This document shows, in pieces, positions 17,002-26,551 of a DNA stretch of 64,000 nt. The position numbers and the translations under genes are program-made. The stretch's first letter is position 1. Each line of letters opens with the position of its first letter. The stretch covers positions 3,488,001 to 3,552,000 of the forward strand of contig OZ243956.1 in the NCBI GenBank assembly GCA_965214405.1, written 5' to 3'. The stretch comes from Trueperaceae bacterium (lineage in GTDB: Bacteria > Deinococcota > Deinococci > Deinococcales > Trueperaceae). Below the pieces are notes generated by a model, which was given only the letters and a program-made list of their open reading frames with translations, was not told the origin of the DNA and made no database searches.

Positions 17002-19362
17002 TTACTCTACTCGCTCAAACGTGTACGACGCGGCTCCCTCACCAAAGACGACGGTTGGGTCGGCATTGTCAGGCGCCTCGAGCCTCACCGGCACCCCCGC
17101 CAAGGGCGGGCCGTAAAGGATGTAACCGTCCGGCTCGCCGCCGTCGTCAACCACCGGGCGCAGTTCTGAAACGAACTCGCCCGCGTCAAAGGTAAGGGTG
17201 GCGTCGGTGAGAGTGAGAGTCATCTCGCCCAACGCGCCGTTCGTATAGGTGCCGACGAAGGCTTGCGCGGCGGCAGGGTCAACGTCTTGGAGGGTGGCCT
17301 CGAGCTCGCTGAGACCCTCTTCCGTCTGGCCGAAAATGAAGTTGAGCCTGCCCTCAGCCTCTGGCTCTCCCCCAAACACAAGCTCGAACAGCCGCGTGCG
17401 GATGGCCTCGTTCACGGCGTTCGTGCCCTGCGCGTTGGTCAACACGACAATGCCCAAATCCGCGTCGGGCAAAAAGGCCAAATCCGAGGTGAAGCCCAAG
17501 GTGTTGCCGCCGTGATGGAGCAAAGGGAGTCCCTTGTATTCGTCCACGAACCAGCCCAGGCCGTAGCTCGTCGTCGCGGACACGGGCACCTGCGCCGTCC
17601 AGGTGGTGCGCAAGTTTTCTTCGGACACCACGCGTTCACCGTCAGGGGCCACGCCGACGCCGAGTTCGGTCTCTAAATAACGCGCCATGTCGGAGGCCGT
17701 GGACCAATGTGAGCCCGCCGGGGCGATGGGTACGAGAATTTGCTCATCGCTCAGCGGGATGGGCGCGTAAGTTCCGTCAAAGCCGCTTTGATGCGGCGCA
17801 CCGTGGTCGCCGCGCGCCGTGACCTCGTCAAAAGAGAGGGTCGTGTTCGTCATGCCGGTGGGCTCTAAAATGCGTTCCTGCAAAGAGGTCGCGTAACCGC
17901 CAAAAAGCTCTCCAAACGCCGCCCCGTCCGCCGCCGCCGCCGCGTAGCCGCCCGCGCCGACCATCTGGTTAGAATATTGAAAAGCCTCACCAAAATCGGT
18001 AAAGAACTCGAACGCGCGGAGCGATTCAACCACGCCCTCCGCCGAGAGGTCGTCCGCGTTGAAAAAAAGCTCAAAATCGCGCCGCGGCACGCCCGTACAG
18101 GCGCACACAAGATTGCGCATGGTAACGATTTTGCTCAACTCGGGGTCGGCCACGGCAAACTCCGGCAGCACGTCCACAACGGGCGTGTCCCAGCTCATGA
18201 GGTCGTCGTCGACCAGAGTCGCCATCAGCATCGTCGTCATCGTTTTGCCCGTCGAGCCGATCATCATCTGCGTGTCGGGGGTGACGGGGTCCGTTCCGCC
18301 CGCCTCCTTGATGCCAAAGCCTCGCGCGTAGACCACCTCGCCGTTCTGGACGATAGCCACCGCCGCGCCGGGGATGCCGAACTGCTCTAAAGCGTCCTCA
18401 ACAAACGTCGCCAACTGTGAAGTCATTTCGTCCGTCATGGGCAGCGGCGCTGTGCCGGTCAGGTCTTCCTCCGCCAAGCCCGTGAGGGTAAACCCGCTGG
18501 CGACGATGGTGACCTGCGCGCCCCGCCGTTCCACCGCCGCGAGGTCGCCATCAATGAGGAAGACGTAGACGTTGCCCTCAACGAGCCTGCCGTAACCCTG
18601 ATACACCCGCTTGCCACTACCGTCGTAATTGGCGACCACGGTCGCCTCGACGCCGGGTTCGGAGGGAGGCTCTACAAAGGTGGGCTCGAGCGCAAAATCC
18701 GGCTCCACCTGCGTCCACGCCTCCGCGATGGCCGCCCGCGGGTCCGTCCCCGGCACGACGAGGAGATAAGTAGAGATGTCCCCGTCCGGCTCGGAAAGCA
18801 GCGCGTAGCCGTTCTCCTCTTCTACCGTCCAGTTTGTCGGGATGGGCACGCTGAACCGGCCCCGCGGGTCCTCATACGTTCCTGCGGCGGCGGGGGCAGC
18901 CGTGCCGGTGACCGCGCCGCCCGTGGCCTCACCCTCTGCGTCGCCACCCGTGACCGCCTCGCCCCCTGTAACCGCCTCGCCCTCTGTAACCGCCTCACCT
19001 TGGGCCAGCGCGAAGGGCACCTCCTGTCCTTCTTGCGAAAAGGTGCCCTCGATGCGCCCTTCGGCAAGCGTTCCTTCAAAGGTGGGCGCGCCCGGCACGC
19101 CCTGAAGGGCGAAACTTATCCCGTCGCCGTTTGTCGTGATATTTTCCAGGGGCGCGTCCACAACGTCCTGCGTCGGGATGGTAATAGTTCCACCAAGCGC
19201 CGCCCCCTCGGTTTGAAGCTCAACCACGATGCCGAGCGCGCTCCCCGGCACCTGTATCTCGCCCTGCCACCGCCCCGCAAAATCAGCCGGAGATTGTGCC
19301 GGAGCCAAGTTCAAACAAAGAGTCAGCGGGAATAGCCACGTTCGTTTCAGCCTTTGTTTCAT
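17002..19362 (-). CDS. secreted multidomain serine hydrolase (beta-lactamase/AmpC family)
   Basis: Signal peptide, GSTGK (SxxK), YSN and HGGN motifs. Extra N-terminal domains and an EAVTGG-repeat linker. Confidence 0.85.
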   Translation of the reverse strand: MKQRLKRTWLFPLTLCLNLAPAQSPADFAGRWQGEIQVPGSALGIVVELQTEGAALGGTITIPTQDVVDAPLENITTNGDGISFALQGVPGAPTFEGTLAEGRIEGTFSQEGQEVPFALAQGEAVTEGEAVTGGEAVTGGDAEGEATGGAVTGTAAPAAAGTYEDPRGRFSVPIPTNWTVEEENGYALLSEPDGDISTYLLVVPGTDPRAAIAEAWTQVEPDFALEPTFVEPPSEPGVEATVVANYDGSGKRVYQGYGRLVEGNVYVFLIDGDLAAVERRGAQVTIVASGFTLTGLAEEDLTGTAPLPMTDEMTSQLATFVEDALEQFGIPGAAVAIVQNGEVVYARGFGIKEAGGTDPVTPDTQMMIGSTGKTMTTMLMATLVDDDLMSWDTPVVDVLPEFAVADPELSKIVTMRNLVCACTGVPRRDFELFFNADDLSAEGVVESLRAFEFFTDFGEAFQYSNQMVGAGGYAAAAADGAAFGELFGGYATSLQERILEPTGMTNTTLSFDEVTARGDHGAPHQSGFDGTYAPIPLSDEQILVPIAPAGSHWSTASDMARYLETELGVGVAPDGERVVSEENLRTTWTAQVPVSATTSYGLGWFVDEYKGLPLLHHGGNTLGFTSDLAFLPDADLGIVVLTNAQGTNAVNEAIRTRLFELVFGGEPEAEGRLNFIFGQTEEGLSELEATLQDVDPAAAQAFVGTYTNGALGEMTLTLTDATLTFDAGEFVSELRPVVDDGGEPDGYILYGPPLAGVPVRLEAPDNADPTVVFGEGAASYTFERVE

Positions 19363-19482
19363 GCGTTCTCCCTTGCTGAAGTCTCTCTCGCCCTCACCCC
19401 GTTACATCTGCCGAACGAACAAGAGACTCCTCACCCAGTATCCGCGGTAGACTACTCCAAATGGAAGCGTCAAAACTGACTA

Positions 19483-20301
19483 GGTTGTGTTGACATTTCA
19501 CCTTAACCAGATGAGAGCGGAAGCGAAGTGCAAGAAACTGAGGTAGTTACGAGCCAGTTTGTCAAAGCGTGAGAAGCAGCGCCTATACCGTTTAAGCTTG
19601 TTGAAAAAACACTCAACGAGGTGACGCTCTTTATAGAGTTCTTGGTCATACTCGCGCTGTTCGTTGCGGTTACTTCTGGGTGGAATCACCGCTTGCGCAC
19701 CCATCTCGGCGATGGTGAGGAGCACATGTTCAGCATCATAAGATTTGTCGCCCATCACGAACTCAGCTTCATAACCCGCTAGCAACGCTCTAGCGTGTGG
19801 CGCTTCATGCGCTTGTCCCGCGGTGAGCAACAGCCGTAACGGGTTGCCTAGAGCGTCGACGCTCACGTGTATCTTCGTACTAAACCCACCGCGACTATAG
19901 CCTAAGTTCTGCGCCTCTTGCCCCCTTTTTTAGAGGGCGCACCCGCGGAGCACGCATGTGCCCGTACTACGGAGCCGTCTATCATGACGCTTTCCATGTC
20001 CGAGTCATCCGCAAAGTGTTCGAATAGCTCCTGCCATACGCCACGCTCACTCCACCGGTCAAAGCGCTTGTAAGCACTGTTCCATTTGCCGTACTCCCTG
20101 GGAAGAAGCCGCCACTGAGAACCGCTCCGCAGCAGCCAAAGTACGCCTTCGACAAATCTACGGCACTGCTTCTCTTGCCCCACGTACACCTGCGGGTTCT
20201 CATCTAAGAACGTTCTGATTTTATGCCACTGTTTAGCCTTAAGTTTCACCTTGCTCATGCCCTTTCTTAATAACTCACTACATGAGAATGTCAACAGAAC
20301 C
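19483..20301 (-). mobile_element. IS5-family (IS427-like) insertion sequence, 819 bp
   Basis: 15-bp terminal inverted repeats GGTTGTGTTGACATT/AATGTCAACAGAACC (1 mismatch). TA duplication in a CTAG target. Confidence 0.92.
19498..20258 (-). CDS. IS5-family transposase, orfA/orfB joined by a -1 frameshift
   Basis: orfA WLLRSGSQWRLLP..IDGSVVRAH; A6G5 slippery run at ~19921-19931; orfB SRGGFSTKIH, GDKSYD, RHLVECFF. Confidence 0.88.
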
Positions 20302-21004
20302 TAGCGGGTGGCTCAGGGTCGAGGGAGAGGCCGTCAAGGTTTTTACGAGTAAGAAGCGCCTGAAGATGCTTGAGCCTTTTGTCGGGGGCGAATGCACGGT
20401 CAAGGAGGCCGCGGTGCAGACCCGCGTCCCGCTCAACCTCATGCACTACCACGTTATGAAATTTTTAGAGCTGGGGCTGTTAGAGGTTACGCGTTTTGAG
20501 AAGCGGCGCGGGCGAGCCGTCAAGCACTACCGCGCCGTCGCGGACGGCTTTTTTGTGCCTTACGACAGCCTGCCCACCGCCACAACGAAAGAGCACATCA
20601 AGGCGTACGACGCGCCCCTGAACGAGACGCTGCTAGAGGCGATTGCCGCGTGTGTGGACGGGCTCGAGCTGGAGCAGCGGCTGTGGGGGCGGCGCTTTGA
20701 GCGCGACGAGAGGGGAACCCTGGGAATGTTTACGGGACCCGACCCCGAAGAACCGGAGGATTTCAACATCATCGGTGCGCTTCTTGAAGACCGCGCGCCC
20801 GCGTTCTGGAATTTGTGGGACACCCTTGAGCTCGAGCCGAGTGAAGCCAAAAGGTTTCAGCGCGAGCTCTCCGCGCTTGCCCACACGTATCGAGATCACA
20901 GCGAAGGTCACGAAGGTCACGAAGGTCATAGCGGAGGTCGAAAAGGCGGAAAACGTTACGTGGTGCGCCTGGCCCTCGCGCCCTTAGAAACGCGAGACTC
21001 GTAA
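20282..21004 (+). CDS. winged-helix regulator whose N-terminus was replaced by the IS end
   Basis: HYHVMKFLELGLLEV..RRGRAVKHYRA. The native start MEASKLT is at 19461, across the IS. Confidence 0.75.
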   Translation: MRMSTEPSGWLRVEGEAVKVFTSKKRLKMLEPFVGGECTVKEAAVQTRVPLNLMHYHVMKFLELGLLEVTRFEKRRGRAVKHYRAVADGFFVPYDSLPTATTKEHIKAYDAPLNETLLEAIAACVDGLELEQRLWGRRFERDERGTLGMFTGPDPEEPEDFNIIGALLEDRAPAFWNLWDTLELEPSEAKRFQRELSALAHTYRDHSEGHEGHEGHSGGRKGGKRYVVRLALAPLETRDS

Positions 21005-21101
21005 AATTCTCCCGGCTTAGGTCGAAGCGGTTTGAACCAGTCGGCACCGACTTGCGCTGCTGGCAACGGTATAACCGACCCAAAGTTACTTGTGGCACCA
21101 T

Positions 21102-21258
21102 AAAATAGGCCCGAGGGTGGGGGGGCACAGCCTCGGGCCTAAATGGTATCTAAGAAACCCGCAGACGTGTAAGGCCGCCACAATTCTTGGCTACGGACCC
21201 CCTGTCCGCGGGAGGAACCACCGTCCGCCCCCCCGGTGGATGACGGTTCAGCACCGTT
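21102..21258 (-). ncRNA. candidate structured small RNA (~157 nt), family unknown
   Basis: Promoter TTGACA-N17-TTCAAT (21293-21265), several stems, terminator AGGCCCGAGG..CCTCGGGCCTATTTT. Confidence 0.65.
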
Positions 21259-21390
21259 AGCTGAATTGAAGCACATCGCGCTTTTGGTGTCAAGTCACGC
21301 GCGTACCCAACAACGAAGTACATCTATACTCACCATATCCTCACTCATGACGTCTTCTAAAGCCTCTCCCCCTCTGCTACACTTGGAGCC

Positions 21391-21933
21391 GTGGCAAAAC
21401 CCCGCATCATCGGCGGCAGCGCGAAAGGCCGCACCCTAGACACGCCCAAATGCGGCACCCGCCCGAGCCCCGGCAGGCTCCGCGAGGCGCTTTTTAATAT
21501 ACTGGAGTTTAGAAAGCGCGGGCGCTTTTTAGACCTTTTCAGCGGCTCCGGCGCGATCGGCTTAGAGGCCGCCTCGAGGGGCTGGACGAGCACCTGCGTC
21601 GATAAAAGCCGCGAGGCTGCGAGCGTGATTCGTTTGAACGCCAGGAGCTTGGGCCTTACCGTCACCATCATCCAGGGTGACGCGCTCAAGTTCGTTGGTA
21701 GGGGAGAGGTGTTCGACGTCGTTTTTGCAGCACCCCCTTACCCGCTCGAGCTGCAACCCGTCTTTCAGGCCGTTGTAGACGCCGAGGTCGCGCGCGCGGG
21801 CGGGCTCTATATCTTCCAGCACCCGACGGGGCTCGAGCTAAACCTTGTCCGTGAGGGTCAACCTCTCGAGCGGGAGGTGCGGGCGTACGGGTCGAACGCG
21901 CTAAGCCTCGTGTCGGTAGAGCACCAACTTTAG
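21391..21933 (+). CDS. rsmD: 16S rRNA m2G966 methyltransferase
   Basis: RIIGGSAKGR, TRP..REALFN, LDLFSGSGAIGLEAASRG, APPY. TACACT lies 7 nt before the GTG. Confidence 0.9.
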   Translation: MAKPRIIGGSAKGRTLDTPKCGTRPSPGRLREALFNILEFRKRGRFLDLFSGSGAIGLEAASRGWTSTCVDKSREAASVIRLNARSLGLTVTIIQGDALKFVGRGEVFDVVFAAPPYPLELQPVFQAVVDAEVARAGGLYIFQHPTGLELNLVREGQPLEREVRAYGSNALSLVSVEHQL

Positions 21934-21981
21934 AAACAAACTTGTAAGAACTTTGTAAGACCTTTCAGCTTAGAGTGAGTC

Positions 21982-22191
21982 ATGCACGACGCGCCCGAAA
22001 CCTCCCAAACCACCCTTCCCAACGCCGTATGGTGCGGTCACAAGAACGAAATCTGGGGCCGCGATCCTCAGGACCCCGACCTCTGGCACAACAAAAGCGG
22101 GCTGATTATCAACTCGGCAGCCCTAAGAGAACGCATGGCGTGTTTTGAAATAGGCCCGGTCAAGCTCGAGGGGTCTCTGGAAAACGCCTAA
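21982..22191 (+). CDS. small hypothetical protein
   Basis: 69 aa. TAGAGT -10 lies 5 nt before the ATG, with a direct-repeat motif upstream. Confidence 0.6.
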   Translation: MHDAPETSQTTLPNAVWCGHKNEIWGRDPQDPDLWHNKSGLIINSAALRERMACFEIGPVKLEGSLENA

Positions 22192-22230
22192 ACGAGCGGT
22201 CAGCCCTTGTTGACCTGCCGGTTGACCTGT

Positions 22231-22656
22231 TCACGGTCCGGTAAACACTTCTTTGGCGGTCGCTTTGAGAAGGTTCCCGCTTTTGTCAAAGAAAAAGAAA
22301 TACTGCACGTCACCAGAGACGAGGAGCCTGCTCGAGGTGTTGCGGATGATAGCCACGATGTAACCACTTAAATCCTCCCAGCTGTAGCCATTATCTGCGA
22401 CGGCTGACGTGATGTTGATGTCGTCTTCGTCCCCAACGTAGCTGTACCCTATCCCTTCGCTGTCGAGGAAGGCGGTGACTCGAGCCCGGCTGGACCCCAC
22501 AGGCAGGTTCAAAACCGCGTCCGTGACCCTTCTCGCTTTCAGCTCGTTGCGGTTTGGCGGCCCGCCCCAGAAAACGGTGACCACGACTCCAATCACCATA
22601 AGCACAACCAATCCCACAAGGACGCGTTTGATCATTCTTGCTTTATTGCTGCTCAT
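22231..22656 (-). CDS. hypothetical membrane-anchored protein
   Basis: Single N-terminal hydrophobic segment, 141 aa. Confidence 0.65.
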   Translation of the reverse strand: MSSNKARMIKRVLVGLVVLMVIGVVVTVFWGGPPNRNELKARRVTDAVLNLPVGSSRARVTAFLDSEGIGYSYVGDEDDINITSAVADNGYSWEDLSGYIVAIIRNTSSRLLVSGDVQYFFFFDKSGNLLKATAKEVFTGP

Positions 22657-22725
22657 TCACGCTTTCAGTAGTGGTGCCTTAACTGAATAAGGATGAGCGC
22701 CGCTTTGGTCAGTGACATTGCTCTT

Positions 22726-23490
22726 CTAATAAACGTTAAATTTTGAATTACGCGACATGAAGTCTTTAACTTCTTGAATTGAATAGGCAGGCCTCTTTTG
22801 GTGAATGATTGCGTGACAGTTAGGACAAACGGGGCGCAAGTCCCTGATAGGGTCAACGTCGTACGCTTCTCCGATTTCAGCCAGCTCGGTCAAGTGGTGG
22901 ACGTGTATAAAGTCATCAAAATCATCCCCATAGACATTCCCAAACGAAAAATCGCAAATAGAGCAGGAGGTCCCGTAATGTGCGATGCAGAGACGCCTAG
23001 CTGTTGGGTTGCGCTCGTACGTATTTGTGACGATGCGAAATACTTTACCTTCTCGTAACCACCGTTGCTCATCAGAGGTCAAGTCGGTTTGGTTGTCAAG
23101 CTTGACAAGTCCCAAGTGTTCGAGCGCCTCAGCCACCTGAACTCGCAAAGTCCATTCACATTCACCGCTGGGCCAATCCATCGTAACGAGCGAGAGAATG
23201 GGATACTCGAGGCTTACGCCAAGGGAACTCGCCACGCGCCTACCCAATTTGCCGTAATGGATGTTTGAAGCACCGAAACTCTTATAGCCAACCAACTCAG
23301 CCATTTGCTTGGCTGTTACAGTGGAATGCGGTGCCGAATAGTTTGCCCGCAACATCCGCAAATCATTTTCTGATAAGTGTAGTTCACGCAAAGCACGAAG
23401 GTACTCAGAATTCGGTAACGCTTCCAAATACTCGTCGGCTTCTGCGGACGACGGCATAGTTTTTAAGGTCTGACTGACCTTAGTGTCCAT
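22726..23490 (-). CDS. HNH endonuclease (McrA-like C-terminal domain)
   Basis: YERNPTAR, CSIC, IHVHH, DLRPVCPNCHAIIH. AT-richer than the flanks. Start uncertain (23490 or 23457). Confidence 0.82.
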   Translation of the reverse strand: MDTKVSQTLKTMPSSAEADEYLEALPNSEYLRALRELHLSENDLRMLRANYSAPHSTVTAKQMAELVGYKSFGASNIHYGKLGRRVASSLGVSLEYPILSLVTMDWPSGECEWTLRVQVAEALEHLGLVKLDNQTDLTSDEQRWLREGKVFRIVTNTYERNPTARRLCIAHYGTSCSICDFSFGNVYGDDFDDFIHVHHLTELAEIGEAYDVDPIRDLRPVCPNCHAIIHQKRPAYSIQEVKDFMSRNSKFNVY

Positions 23491-23608
23491 CCGGCTCTTC
23501 GGTCTCCTCCACAAGCGCGTTGGCCGCGTAAACAAACGCCGCGCCGAGTCCGCTCAGGCCGACGAGTACGAGGATGCTGTAGAAGCTGATGCTTAGAAAA
23601 GTGTCCAT
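23480..23608 (-). CDS. 42-aa single-pass membrane microprotein (not in the ORF track)
   Basis: AAGGAG RBS. MDTFLSISFYSILVLVGLSGLGAAFVYAANALVEETEEPDGH. Confidence 0.6.
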   Translation of the reverse strand: MDTFLSISFYSILVLVGLSGLGAAFVYAANALVEETEEPDGH

Positions 23609-23655
23609 CTTGGTCTCCTTTTAGTGAGTAAGTTAGTAGGCCTTCTCGTTAATCG

Positions 23656-25020
23656 CTAAGGTACTGTACCAAACCGCCGCGCGTGAGGACGACGCACGGT
23701 ACGCAAGAAGCGCAGAATGAGGAGCGCCGCCGCGGTGCCGAGGCCCGCTACCAGGCCCAGCCACAGCCCGCGCCCGCCCCAGCCTAGGCCAAAGGCCAGC
23801 CAGACGCCCACGCCAAGGCCGACGCCCCAATAGGCGAAGAGCGAGATGAGCATGGGCGTGCGCGTGTCTCTAAGCCCGCGCAACGCGCCCGACGCGCTCA
23901 CCTGGAGGCCGTCGAAAACCTGGAACATCGCGGCAATGCCCAAGTAGGTGACGGCGAGCGTGACGAGAGACGCGTTGGCGGGGTCTTGCGTGTCGATATA
24001 AAGCCCGACAATGGAACGGGGCAGCACCCAGAAAGCGAGCGCGGTGAGCATCATAAAAGCCCCGCTGAGGCCGATGCCGACGCTCCCGGCGCGCCGTACC
24101 CCCGCGCCGTCCCCACGCCCCGCCGCCTGCCCGACGCGCACGGACAAGGCAATGGACAAGCCCAGCGGCACCATAAAGGTCAAGGACGCCGTTTGCAGCG
24201 CGATTTGGTGCGCGGCGAGTTGTGTGGCACCCAGCAGACCCATAAGGAGCGCGGTAATGGTAAAAAGTCCCACCTCGAAACCGAGCGTCAAGCCGATGGG
24301 CCAGCCCACGGTAAAGAGTTCCCGAAGCGTGCGTGGGTCGGGCGTGCGTAAGCGTGAGAAGATGCGGTAACTTTTAAGCGTCACCTGGACGTAAAGCGCC
24401 GCGAGCGCGAACATGAGCCAGGAGACGACCGTGGTGGCGTAGCCCGTACCGACGAGGCCGAGCGCCGGAAAGCCGAACCTGCCGAACATGAGCACGTCGT
24501 TGGCCGCGACGTTGAGCCCCACACCGACGAGGGCGATGACCATGATGGGGCGCGGGTTAGATAGGCCCTCGAGTAGCCCCCTTAGCGCAGTAAGCCCCAG
24601 CGCGGGCAGAAATCCCCACGACACCGCCCGGATGTAGGCCCCGGCCAAAGCCGCCGTCCCCGCCTCCTGCCCCATAAGCCGCAACAGGGCGGTGGCGTTC
24701 CAAAACAGGGGCAGCGCGAGGAGCGTTCCCCCCAGCGCCAGCCACAGGCCCTGCCGCGACGCGCGCGCGACCCCCTCCTCGTCGCCCGCGCCATGCGCCT
24801 GCGAGACGGTCGGCCCCACCGCCAGCACGACGCCCGTAAGGAGGAGCAGCACAAAGAAGTACAAGGTGTTGCCGAGCGCGATGCCTGCGAGCGCCTCGTC
24901 GCCCAAGCGCCCGACCATCAGCGTGTCGACAAAACCCATCGAGGTTCCGGCGAGCTGGGCCAGGATGAGCGGCCCCGCTAGAACGAGCAGCAGGTGAAGT
25001 TCGGTCCAAAAGGGTTTCAT
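23656..25020 (-). CDS. MATE-family efflux transporter (NorM-like)
   Basis: GFVDTLMVGRLG, LAAHQIA, FQVFDGLQV..GALRG..DTR. Confidence 0.92.
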   Translation of the reverse strand: MKPFWTELHLLLVLAGPLILAQLAGTSMGFVDTLMVGRLGDEALAGIALGNTLYFFVLLLLTGVVLAVGPTVSQAHGAGDEEGVARASRQGLWLALGGTLLALPLFWNATALLRLMGQEAGTAALAGAYIRAVSWGFLPALGLTALRGLLEGLSNPRPIMVIALVGVGLNVAANDVLMFGRFGFPALGLVGTGYATTVVSWLMFALAALYVQVTLKSYRIFSRLRTPDPRTLRELFTVGWPIGLTLGFEVGLFTITALLMGLLGATQLAAHQIALQTASLTFMVPLGLSIALSVRVGQAAGRGDGAGVRRAGSVGIGLSGAFMMLTALAFWVLPRSIVGLYIDTQDPANASLVTLAVTYLGIAAMFQVFDGLQVSASGALRGLRDTRTPMLISLFAYWGVGLGVGVWLAFGLGWGGRGLWLGLVAGLGTAAALLILRFLRTVRRPHARRFGTVP

Positions 25021-25226
25021 AAGGTTGACGCGCTCCTAACCGCTCGAGACTATAGCAGGATTGTCTCGAGGTGGGCGTCAGCCGCGTTGGTTGGATCAGC
25101 GCCGCGTCCTGAGTCAAGGGTAGAGGCTTGGTTCTCCTCCGCGCCTCTTCCATTTTCTCAATTCCTGCGTGCGGGGCTCGAGCCCCACCCGTCATCCCGA
25201 AACGGACGGTCGGACGGTCAACATGC

Positions 25227-25256
25227 TTGACTTTGGTCCGAACAGAATCTTAGAAT
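25227..25256 (+). promoter_or_regulatory. promoter for the sugar ABC operon
   Basis: TTGACT-N18-TAGAAT. Confidence 0.5.
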
Positions 25257-25469
25257 CAGGAGCACGAAATTTTTGTCACTCACGCTTTTCTAAGCCCTTT
25301 TGTGGGTGAGCCGCACACCGCGTTATTCGGCGCTTTGGGCGCTCGAGCCCGAGGATGACCCCACCGGGTGACGGGCGGGTGACAATCGTGAATGCTCGAG
25401 AGGAGGCGTACGTATCAGGTGAGTATCAACTAAGCCACGCTCGCAAGCCTCAAGAGAAAGGATTTTTTC

Positions 25470-26444
25470 ATGCGCAAGCTTTTCATTATCCTTCTTACCA
25501 CCCTCACCACCCTTGCTTTTGCTCAGAACGACCCGGCCGACCGCGACTACACCATCACCCTCATCCCCGGCCTCACCACCGACGCCTTTTACATCACCAT
25601 GAACGCGGGCGCGCAGGCCGCCGCCGAGGCGCTGGGCATCACCGTCAATTTTCAGGGCGCGGAAGAGTTCAACCCGACCTTGCAGGTGCCTGTTTTGGAC
25701 GCGGTCATCGCCCGCCAACCCGACGCCATTTTGATTGCCCCGACCGACACCACGCAGCTCATCGCGCCCTTGCAGAGCGCCGCTGACGCGGGCATCCCGG
25801 TCATCACCGTGGACACGTTTATCGGTGACGGTCAATACCAAGACGGCGCGGGCGACGGCGACTTTCCGCTCTCTTACATCGCGTCGGACAACGTCGCGGG
25901 CGGGCGCATCGCGGCGCGCGCGATGGCCGACGCGATAGGCGGCGAGGGCGCGGTTTATGTGTCGAACGTGCGCCCCGGCATCTCGACGACGGACCAGCGC
26001 GAAGAGGGGTTTAAGCAGGAGTTGGCAGAGAACTTCCCCAACATCACCGTGTTGGAAACCCAGTACAACGACAACGACTCCTCCACCGCCGCCTCGCAGT
26101 TTCAGGCTGTACTGGCGCGCGAGCCCAACCTCAAGGGCGTCTTCGGCGCGAACCTCTTTTCGGCCATCGGCGCGGCCAACGGCGTCGAGGCGGCGGGCGA
26201 ATCGGACAACGTGACCGTTATTGCCTTTGACGCGCCGCAGTCGATTGTGGACAGCATCGGCACGGGTTTGGTCGATATGGCGATTGCCCAGCACCCCGCC
26301 GAAATCGGCTACTACGGCGTGATGACGGCTTACGCGCAGCTCACGGGGCAGTCGGTGCCGCCGCTTATCGGCACGGGCTTTACCGTGATTACTGCAGATA
26401 ATGTAGACGACCCCGACATTCAGAAGTTTATCTATTCAGAGTAG
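25470..26444 (+). CDS. sugar ABC transporter substrate-binding protein (RbsB-like)
   Basis: Signal peptide, GIPVITVD, IASDN, QREEGF, IAQHP. Confidence 0.9.
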   Translation: MRKLFIILLTTLTTLAFAQNDPADRDYTITLIPGLTTDAFYITMNAGAQAAAEALGITVNFQGAEEFNPTLQVPVLDAVIARQPDAILIAPTDTTQLIAPLQSAADAGIPVITVDTFIGDGQYQDGAGDGDFPLSYIASDNVAGGRIAARAMADAIGGEGAVYVSNVRPGISTTDQREEGFKQELAENFPNITVLETQYNDNDSSTAASQFQAVLAREPNLKGVFGANLFSAIGAANGVEAAGESDNVTVIAFDAPQSIVDSIGTGLVDMAIAQHPAEIGYYGVMTAYAQLTGQSVPPLIGTGFTVITADNVDDPDIQKFIYSE

Positions 26445-26460
26445 AAACTTCTAAGGCAAA

Positions 26461-26539
26461 ATCCCCCCGACTATCGCTTCGCTCAGTCGTCCCCCCTTAC
26501 GAAGGGGGGCTGTTGCGCGTCAGCGTCGGCAGGGGGGAT
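26461..26539. repeat. cruciform REP-like intergenic element
   Basis: Outer ATCCCCCC/GGGGGGAT enclosing the hairpins CGACT..AGTCG and CCCCCCTT-ACG-AAGGGGGG. Confidence 0.7.
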
Positions 26540-26551
26540 GAAGGAGCACCC

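Noticed and set aside
18945..19000. 18-bp repeats in the serine hydrolase gene as a DNA element
   Set aside because: They are in frame and encode an EAVTGG flexible linker.
21102..21258. Candidate RNA as SRP RNA, tRNA or a riboswitch
   Set aside because: No SRP GGAA-loop domain or cloverleaf, and no same-strand gene downstream of its terminator.
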